From Taibaiella sp. (lineage in GTDB: Bacteria; Bacteroidota; Bacteroidia; Chitinophagales; Chitinophagaceae): 64,000 nt of DNA. Below the pieces are notes generated by a model, which was given only the letters and a program-made list of their open reading frames with translations, had not been told where the DNA came from and did not search any database. Shown here piece after piece: positions 57,390 to 64,000 of the stretch (positions are counted from its first letter, which is position 1; every line of letters starts with the position of its first letter). The DNA lies in contig JAIOYR010000004.1 in the NCBI GenBank assembly GCA_021740995.1, forward strand, positions 14,495 to 78,494, given 5' to 3'. The position numbers and the translations under genes were made by a program.

Positions 57390-58718
57390 ATGGAAACTAT
57401 AGTTGTATACACCCCCAATAAAAGCGCCCGTCTTACTTATGTACTGGACTGGCTGCTAAAGGAGCGGTTGCGACTGGACTATAAAGTAGTACGTGAAAAA
57501 CGTGAAATACCAACGTCATCAATGGTTATTGCTTTTGGTCAGCAACTGACCGATAGCTACTCAATACCCTCGTGGGGGCTGTTGACGGAGCAAGGCATAC
57601 AAGTAGCAGCACCACCAAAAGGCACATGGAATGGACTGCCGGTTTTTTATACCTCCGCCGATAAAAACTATACGATTCCATTTGATATTTTCTCGGCAAT
57701 TTTTTTTCTGCTTTCGCGCTACGAAGAATACTATCACTACACACCCGACAAACATGGCAGGTACCCTGCCGCTAGCAGCATACTACAAAAAAACGGCTGG
57801 CTGCAACGCCCGCTGATAGATGAGTGGGTAATGGAATTCAAGGCGTCGCTGGAGCAGCATTTCAATATAAAGATTGCTTTACCACAATTTTCGTTTCGCC
57901 CGACTTACGATATAGATATGGCCTACTCGCACCTGCACAAGGGGGTGGGAAGGATAGCAGGAGCCTATCTGCGCGCACTAATGCGGGCAGACATGAAACA
58001 GATAAACCAGCGCACTCAGGTGCTGCAGAAAAAGCAGAAAGACCCCTACGATTCTTTCAGGTGGATGCGGCAACAGCACAAGGCTTACGGTTATGTGCCA
58101 TTGTATTTTGTTTTGTCTGCCGCCCGCACCACCCAGTTCGATAAAAATATACACCCGCAACACCCCGCAATGGTAAGGGTGATAAAAAACCTGGTCAAAG
58201 AAGGCAGCACTGGTATTCACCCTTCCTACTACTCAGACAATGGCAACACCATGCAGCAGGAGAAAGCAACGCTTGAAAAAATAGCCGGCCGTGTTATTAC
58301 ACAGTCGAGGCAACATTACATAAGGGCAATAATGCCCTATACCTACCAGCAATTGCTGCGCAACAAGATTACCGAAGACTATTCTATGGGCTATGGCACT
58401 CATCTGGGGTTCAGAGCGGGTACCGGCAGTTCTTTTTTATGGTACGATATAGAGCATGAAAAAACAACCACACTGCGCATATACCCGTTTTGCTTTATGG
58501 ACACAACGGCTCATTATGAAATGAATCTATCTACACACGAGGCATTTGAGCGGCTGGAAGCAATGACAAAACTACTGGAACAAACAGGCAGCACGCTCAT
58601 CACCATATTTCACAACTTCTCACTGGGAACCGATGAGGAATGGCGTGGATGGCGACAGGCCTATGAGTTGTTTCTGCAAGATAAGGCGACAAGGGGAGCA
58701 GGAGAAATCATTCTATAA
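57390..58718 (+). CDS. Polysaccharide deacetylase-like protein
   Basis: DIFSAIFFLLSRYEEY, TYDID, GIHPSY, RQHY, GFRAGT. Confidence 0.85.
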   Translation: METIVVYTPNKSARLTYVLDWLLKERLRLDYKVVREKREIPTSSMVIAFGQQLTDSYSIPSWGLLTEQGIQVAAPPKGTWNGLPVFYTSADKNYTIPFDIFSAIFFLLSRYEEYYHYTPDKHGRYPAASSILQKNGWLQRPLIDEWVMEFKASLEQHFNIKIALPQFSFRPTYDIDMAYSHLHKGVGRIAGAYLRALMRADMKQINQRTQVLQKKQKDPYDSFRWMRQQHKAYGYVPLYFVLSAARTTQFDKNIHPQHPAMVRVIKNLVKEGSTGIHPSYYSDNGNTMQQEKATLEKIAGRVITQSRQHYIRAIMPYTYQQLLRNKITEDYSMGYGTHLGFRAGTGSSFLWYDIEHEKTTTLRIYPFCFMDTTAHYEMNLSTHEAFERLEAMTKLLEQTGSTLITIFHNFSLGTDEEWRGWRQAYELFLQDKATRGAGEIIL

Positions 58719-58814
58719 TCGATTGAACAAACTAACTGCCGTTCTCAAATTGCTTGACTCTTGTTTCACGCCGGCCGTTTGAAAAATAATTTCCAACATC
58801 AAATTGTGCATTTT

Positions 58815-59180
58815 TCAGGAGTAGTATAAAGCACTATCCCTCTGCTCACTTATTGGTTTTGATAAACGGGCAGGGGCCACAGTGCAGTAAGCGGTAGTGA
58901 GTGCATCTTCCAGCATCTCTCTTTTTACTTTGCTGAGCATTATAAAAGTCCAGCCCTGCTTGCCCCATTTATTGGGGACGGGGTAAATGACAGTGGGGTC
59001 GAAAGAGCAAAAGGAAGACTGGTCTATCTCTGAGAATTTCAAACAAGCCCGTTTGTCTTTTTCTGATAGTGTAGCAAATATCTTCTTATTGACCCGGTAG
59101 GATGGTTTTTCGAAATGTGGCTCTTCTGAGGCTTCGGGGAACGATAGCGCAATTTCTTTGAATGTCTTAATTGTTACCAT
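58815..59180 (-). CDS. MmcQ/YjbR family DNA-binding protein
   Basis: ALSFPEASEEPHFEKPSYRVNKKIFATL, PNKWGKQGWT; this is the last 121 aa of the track's 357-aa ORF. Confidence 0.88.
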   Translation of the reverse strand: MVTIKTFKEIALSFPEASEEPHFEKPSYRVNKKIFATLSEKDKRACLKFSEIDQSSFCSFDPTVIYPVPNKWGKQGWTFIMLSKVKREMLEDALTTAYCTVAPARLSKPISEQRDSALYYS

Positions 59181-59261
59181 ATGCAAAGTGAAGATAATGG
59201 TGAATGCCAAAATATACTTCACCTCAATAAAAATTGTACATTTACTACTCAATTTCATGAT

Positions 59262-60260
59262 GTGAAAGCGATAATCCCCGTTGCCGGAGCAGGTACCAAG
59301 TTGCGGCCACTTACATACACACAACCCAAGGCCCTGATACCCATAGCTGGTAAAACTATTCTCGGGGTCATAGTAGACCAGCTCATTGAGGCCGGTGTTA
59401 CAGAATATGTTTTTGTGATAGGTTATCTGGGCGAGAAGATTCAACGCTACATAGATAAGACCTACCCGCAGCTCTCTTGTACTTTTGTAACTCAGAGCGA
59501 TAGGCGTGGTACCGGGCATGCTATATGGCTCACCCGCGATGCTGTGCAGGACGATGAAGTAATGATAGTGCTCGGCGATACCGTATGCGACTACAATGTG
59601 AAGGAGATAATATCCAGCGCGGCATCTCAGATAGGCGTACGCAAGGTAGATGATCCTCGTAGTTTTGGGGTGGCAGAGCTTAATGATAAAGACATAGTAA
59701 CGAGGATGGTAGAGAAGCCGCTGATTCCAAAGTCCAATATGGCGATGGTGGGTATCTACTATATCAAAGAAGCTGCTGCGATGTATGCAGCGCTTGAAAA
59801 AAACCTTGCAGGCCCTGCAGACGATAATGGTGAATATCACCTCACCAATGCGCTGCAACTGATGATAGAAAGTGGTATTAGCATACACGCATTCCGGGTA
59901 AATAACTGGTTTGATTGTGGTAAGAAAGAAACCTTGTTATCTACCAATGCTATATTGCTTAAACAGATGGACGACCAGCCTCCTACTGCCTGCGACCATG
60001 ATTATGACACTACCGTTATCATTCATCCGGTTAACATAGCTGAGGGTTGCATCATCAGGCACAGTATCATCGGGCCTAATGTAAGCATAGGCGAGCACAC
60101 CAAGATTGAATCATCTATCGTGCGCGATTCCATTATTGGTTCTTATGCCGAGCTGCAGCAGGTAGTACTCAATTCATCAATAATAGGCAACGATGCTTAT
60201 GTGCGCGGCCTCAGTCAGAGCCTGAACATAGGTGATAATACGGAAATTGATTTGGGGTAA
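59262..60260 (+). CDS. Sugar-phosphate nucleotidyltransferase (glucose-1-phosphate thymidylyltransferase-like, with left-handed beta-helix tail)
   Basis: IIPVAGAGTKLRPLT..PKALIP, GTGHA, VEKP; probable GTG start at 59262. Confidence 0.92.
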   Translation: MKAIIPVAGAGTKLRPLTYTQPKALIPIAGKTILGVIVDQLIEAGVTEYVFVIGYLGEKIQRYIDKTYPQLSCTFVTQSDRRGTGHAIWLTRDAVQDDEVMIVLGDTVCDYNVKEIISSAASQIGVRKVDDPRSFGVAELNDKDIVTRMVEKPLIPKSNMAMVGIYYIKEAAAMYAALEKNLAGPADDNGEYHLTNALQLMIESGISIHAFRVNNWFDCGKKETLLSTNAILLKQMDDQPPTACDHDYDTTVIIHPVNIAEGCIIRHSIIGPNVSIGEHTKIESSIVRDSIIGSYAELQQVVLNSSIIGNDAYVRGLSQSLNIGDNTEIDLG

Positions 60261-60282
60261 GTGAGCTTGACAGAATGCTGAT

Positions 60283-62391
60283 TTATTTCTTTTTCTCGGT
60301 TTCTTCCGCATCCTCTGCTTCTTTGCCACCTATATTGAACAACCTGTAAGCAAGTTCTTTGCCGGTTTCGTCTGCCTTCTGCCAGGCAAAAGACTGCTTC
60401 TCTACTATGTAGTTGCCGGTGCGGTCCAGCACATAGTAGGTGATTCCTTTTTTCTTACCGGTGCCGGTGAATATCACATAGGCTTCGGGGGCATGAGTGC
60501 CGGTGCCATTTACCCAGTTTATATTACACTTGCGCAGCCGCTCTTCTACCCCTTTGTCTACATCGCCGCTTACGTGCAGTATCATGTTTGGCTTCATGCC
60601 GGTGAATGGTAACAACTGCGGATACAGCACATACATTTTGTATAGCCACTCATCGCGCATTCTGTCGTTTTTCAGTGTATGAGCGCACTCAGCCTGTGCC
60701 TGATAAATGCGAGCAGTAAAAAGCTTCTCAAAGTCTGCGTCGGTGTTAGGGTCGCGCAGCAACTTGTCCAGAATGGGTTTTGCTTCCTTGTGTTTGCCCT
60801 GTTCCACCAGCAGCCTGGCGGTAAAAAACTCAAAGTATTTGCGAATATATTGCCGCTTGTCGGTCTCTGCCTCTTTGCGAAAACGGGAAAGGAAATACCT
60901 GGTGCTGAAGTCGCGCACCAGATACCATATCTCATCCCACGAGACTACATTCTCTGTCGAGAAGAGTTTGTATATCACCCGTTCCCGCTCAGGGTTCTGC
61001 GAAAACTGATTGATGATAAGAAACTGTTGCAGATACTTGTCTGTGAGCTTACAGGCCATACTCCACAGCACCTTCGGGTTGTACCACCAGTTGCTGTTCT
61101 CAAACCTGTCCATCTGCCATGACTGCTCCTTGTTCACCAGCTTCACCAGCTGCAGGCTGAAGTCGTAATGGCTCTGCCCAAGAGTTGTGCCTATATGCAG
61201 CTCTTTAAAGTCTGCCGCTCTGCCGCCATATCGCTCTGCCTGTGCCACCTGACCATCGTAGGTGAGGCTGCGTGCCAGCGCTATATTGTACCAGCCGTAA
61301 CCAGGCGTGGAGCCGCCTGCCTTTATCATATTGCGCGACAGGGATATGGCTGTCTTCGGATTGGCTTTGTATATCTCCAGTATGGTAGTGAAGTATGCCC
61401 ACTCCTGCAGCCGCTTATCACCTGCATCCTGCTCAGAGGCTATTTTGTATTCAGCCTGTGCGGTGCGGAAGTCGCCGATTATGCTCTTGAAGTTGGCATA
61501 GTTGTTGTGCGGCAGCCTGCCGTTTTTCCGCATTAGCTCAAAGTAATGTTCTGCGGAGTCTATACGGAAGTTGTAGGCGTGCAAAATGTTTTTGTAGTGA
61601 TACACTCCGTTCTTCTCAGCATCTATGTATCCGGGAGGAAACAGCGTAGTGTTGAGGTACTTGTTTTTCTCTATGGCGCGCATTCCGCTATCCAGATAGC
61701 GGTTTGCCAGTTGCTCGTTTTCATCAATAGTGTTTTTCAGAAACCAGTATTTTTCACTGGTATAAAAGCGGTTTCTGTGCACCGTCCATGCCAGCATGTT
61801 GTAAGGGTCCAGGTAGTACTCCCGCTGCATATTGTACTTTATAGCTCTTCGTAATAGCGGCACTATTTTTTCGGGCTCGTCTGTGTTGCCATATACATGC
61901 ACCAGCGCAGCGGCTATGATGGTAAAATCTATCTGGAAATTGTATGCCGGCAGCAGTACCAATATGTTGTCTGACCGTACAGAGAGGTTTCGTTTATAGT
62001 CCCGCTCCAGCAGTGCCAGTGATTTCTCGAGCGCAGCAGCAGCGTTTTTGAAACCTATATAATCGGCAGCATGTGTGTACTTGTATATCCCTTCAAACAT
62101 CCACCCTACGTAGTAAGTGCTGTCTGTGCGTTTGAACTCACGTGAGCGGGGCAACGCGTCATCGCTATACATGTTTTCTATAGCGCGCTTTGCATCTATG
62201 TTTGCCCGCTGGCTTTCTTTTCCGGCAGGGTGCTTTGGCATCAGCTCCGGTGGCAGCTCGCGCCGCACACCGCCACTTTGCCCGTATGCCGGCACGGCAA
62301 TCAGCAGGCACAAAACACCTGCAAGCAATTTAGCCTGCTTATGCACCCGACACCATGCTACAGAAAAATACTTTGTCATTCTAGTCCACAA
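60283..62391 (-). CDS. Exported alpha-helical (TPR-like) hypothetical protein downstream of MoxR
   Basis: 702-aa ORF with a signal-peptide-like segment and helical repeats. Confidence 0.8.
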   Translation of the reverse strand: MWTRMTKYFSVAWCRVHKQAKLLAGVLCLLIAVPAYGQSGGVRRELPPELMPKHPAGKESQRANIDAKRAIENMYSDDALPRSREFKRTDSTYYVGWMFEGIYKYTHAADYIGFKNAAAALEKSLALLERDYKRNLSVRSDNILVLLPAYNFQIDFTIIAAALVHVYGNTDEPEKIVPLLRRAIKYNMQREYYLDPYNMLAWTVHRNRFYTSEKYWFLKNTIDENEQLANRYLDSGMRAIEKNKYLNTTLFPPGYIDAEKNGVYHYKNILHAYNFRIDSAEHYFELMRKNGRLPHNNYANFKSIIGDFRTAQAEYKIASEQDAGDKRLQEWAYFTTILEIYKANPKTAISLSRNMIKAGGSTPGYGWYNIALARSLTYDGQVAQAERYGGRAADFKELHIGTTLGQSHYDFSLQLVKLVNKEQSWQMDRFENSNWWYNPKVLWSMACKLTDKYLQQFLIINQFSQNPERERVIYKLFSTENVVSWDEIWYLVRDFSTRYFLSRFRKEAETDKRQYIRKYFEFFTARLLVEQGKHKEAKPILDKLLRDPNTDADFEKLFTARIYQAQAECAHTLKNDRMRDEWLYKMYVLYPQLLPFTGMKPNMILHVSGDVDKGVEERLRKCNINWVNGTGTHAPEAYVIFTGTGKKKGITYYVLDRTGNYIVEKQSFAWQKADETGKELAYRLFNIGGKEAEDAEETEKKK

Positions 62392-62471
62392 TAAATTAGC
62401 CGAAGTTCGTCGCTATGAGATTTTTGCTCTTTCGGGGGAGATTGCAAATGCACTAAACCATACAATCAACG

Positions 62472-63497
62472 TTAGCTGTGCAGTTTCAGTTTTGCCAGGC
62501 GTTCACTTTCTTTTATTATTATTCCTTCCAGTGCTTTTTGTTTTCCTTCTTTGTTTCTGTATACAAGGCGGTGCTCCAGCACTGCACGTGCTATGTCACG
62601 CACATCGTCCTCTATTACAAAGGTTCTGCCCTTCACCAGTGCATAAGCTCTCAGGCATTTGAGAAAGGCAATGCCGCTACGGGTAGATGCACCCAGAGAT
62701 ATGTCCTGATGCGCCCTTGTTTGTCGCACTATGTTGCTTACGGCTTTTATTATCTCCTCGTGCACATGCACATTGCCTGCCTGTGCCTGCAGGTTCAGTA
62801 TGTCTTGCATGGTGAGTACCTGCTGCAGGTCTGTAAGATTGCGGGCTATGTTCAGGTATTGGCGGTATATATTCAGCTCTGTTTCCTCGTCTACATAGCC
62901 GAAGTTGATTTTCATAAAGAACCTGTCGAGCTGTGCTGCCGGTAGCGGGTAGGTACCCTCCATCTCTATAGGGTTCTGTGTGGCTATTGTGAAGAACATC
63001 TGCTCCAGCATGAGTGTTGCATCTCCGGCGGTTACCTGATGCTCTGCCATAGCCTCCAGCAATGCGCTCTGCACCTTGGGCGATGCACGGTTTATTTCGT
63101 CTGCCAGCAGCACATTGCAGAAAAGCGGTCCTTTTTTGAACACAAACTCCTTGGTTCTGTCGTCGAATATATGTGAGCCTATCAGATCCATTGGCAGCAG
63201 ATCGGGGGTAAACTGTATACGCTTGAACAATACATGCTCCTCGCCGGCACCACCACTGATGCACTGTGCCAGTGTGCGTGCCAGTACTGTTTTTCCGGTG
63301 CCGGGATTGTCTTCCATAAGAATATGTCCACCCGCCAGCAGGCAGGTAACCACCATTTCTATCTGCCCCCGCTTACCTCGTATAACCTGTTCTACCTGCG
63401 CTACCAGCTTGTTTATGGCTTCAGTTGCGTCTATCTGAGTGGTTCCCGGAGTATATGCTTCGTTCGGTATGGGTGTTTCTGCTGCAGCCTCTGTCAT
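62472..63497 (-). CDS. MoxR-family AAA+ ATPase
   Basis: MEDNPGTGKT, RIQFTPDLLPMD, ADEINRASPKVQSALLEAM, ATQNPIEMEGTY. Confidence 0.95.
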   Translation of the reverse strand: MTEAAAETPIPNEAYTPGTTQIDATEAINKLVAQVEQVIRGKRGQIEMVVTCLLAGGHILMEDNPGTGKTVLARTLAQCISGGAGEEHVLFKRIQFTPDLLPMDLIGSHIFDDRTKEFVFKKGPLFCNVLLADEINRASPKVQSALLEAMAEHQVTAGDATLMLEQMFFTIATQNPIEMEGTYPLPAAQLDRFFMKINFGYVDEETELNIYRQYLNIARNLTDLQQVLTMQDILNLQAQAGNVHVHEEIIKAVSNIVRQTRAHQDISLGASTRSGIAFLKCLRAYALVKGRTFVIEDDVRDIARAVLEHRLVYRNKEGKQKALEGIIIKESERLAKLKLHS

Positions 63498-63747
63498 GTG
63501 TTTTATTCTTTATACAATTTTACAGCATAATACGTTAGTAAAATAATGGCGGCTTGTAATTTTTTGTGAAAACAACCCACATTGCCATTACCACAGATTT
63601 AGTGTGCGTTATAGATGTTGTTTTATTTTAAGTGTCGCTGAGTCTATATTTCCAAATGCAGCTTTTTCTATGCGCATCAATTGTAGTTGCGCTGCACTTC
63701 GGTACTTTATGTCCTTGATGCAATATCCTAACATTACTATGATCATT

Positions 63748-63927
63748 TTCGATTGTAATCGAAGATTATTATTGTTTTCTTCGTATAAAACCGAAAATAA
63801 TTATGGTTTTCTTCGGTTAGAATCGAATATTGTTATGGTATTCTTCGATTATAATCGAATATTATTATAGTTTTCTTCGGTTGTAATCGAATATTATTAT
63901 GTAATTTAGCGGTTCAAACCGAATATA
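63748..63927. repeat. Six tandem 32-bp repeats, each with a 16-bp palindrome (TTCGATTATAATCGAA consensus)
   Basis: Units start at 63748, 63780, 63812, 63844, 63876 and 63908. Confidence 0.92.
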
Positions 63928-64000
63928 ATGATACATAGAGCGTTGCAGGATCTATTGCAAAAGGCGCTGTTTAAGGGAAAAGCAATACTATTGTATGGAC
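63928..64000 (+). CDS. 5' end of a probable AAA_14/DUF4143-type ATP-binding protein, truncated by the window edge
   Basis: MIHRALQDLLQKALFKGKAILLYG, the usual lead-in to the Walker A (G-x-RQ-x-GKT) of this family. Confidence 0.7.
   Translation, partial: MIHRALQDLLQKALFKGKAILLYG

Noticed and set aside
59181-59888. N-terminal 236 aa of the 357-aa minus-strand ORF
   Set aside because: Antisense shadow of the nucleotidyltransferase gene; only the MmcQ/YjbR part from 59180 looks real.
63748-63927. Possible CRISPR array
   Set aside because: The whole 32-bp unit is conserved, so there are no unique spacers; the dyad is only 16 bp; no cas genes are in the window.

Overview
This 64-kb window comes from a Bacteroidota chromosome, most likely Chitinophagales. 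The lineage call is an inference from porX, a PorG-like gene, several T9SS C-terminal-domain proteins, TAnnTTTG promoters and futalosine-pathway mqnC. Conserved genes (thyA, wzz/waaL-like, porX, serS, dGTPase, two MoxR ATPases, mqnC, lutB) surround a ~25-kb accessory-looking stretch at 3.7-29 kb. That stretch is bracketed by a 48/50-identical inverted repeat. It holds a candidate polymorphic lipase toxin with an ankyrin lipoprotein immunity gene, a propeller-metalloprotease/HEAT pair, a cutinase-like T9SS hydrolase, a polysaccharide O-acetylation pair, and an AT-rich Nudix + SauUSI-like type IV restriction cassette preceded by an unannotated 41-aa zinc-ribbon ORF. Intergenic DNA is rich in small palindromic repeat elements, some nested inside others. 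At the right edge, six in-phase 32-bp palindromic repeats run directly into the start codon of a truncated AAA-family ATPase gene. No rRNA, tRNA, CRISPR array, integrase or transposase was found. All family calls come from motif recognition by eye; no database searches were run.
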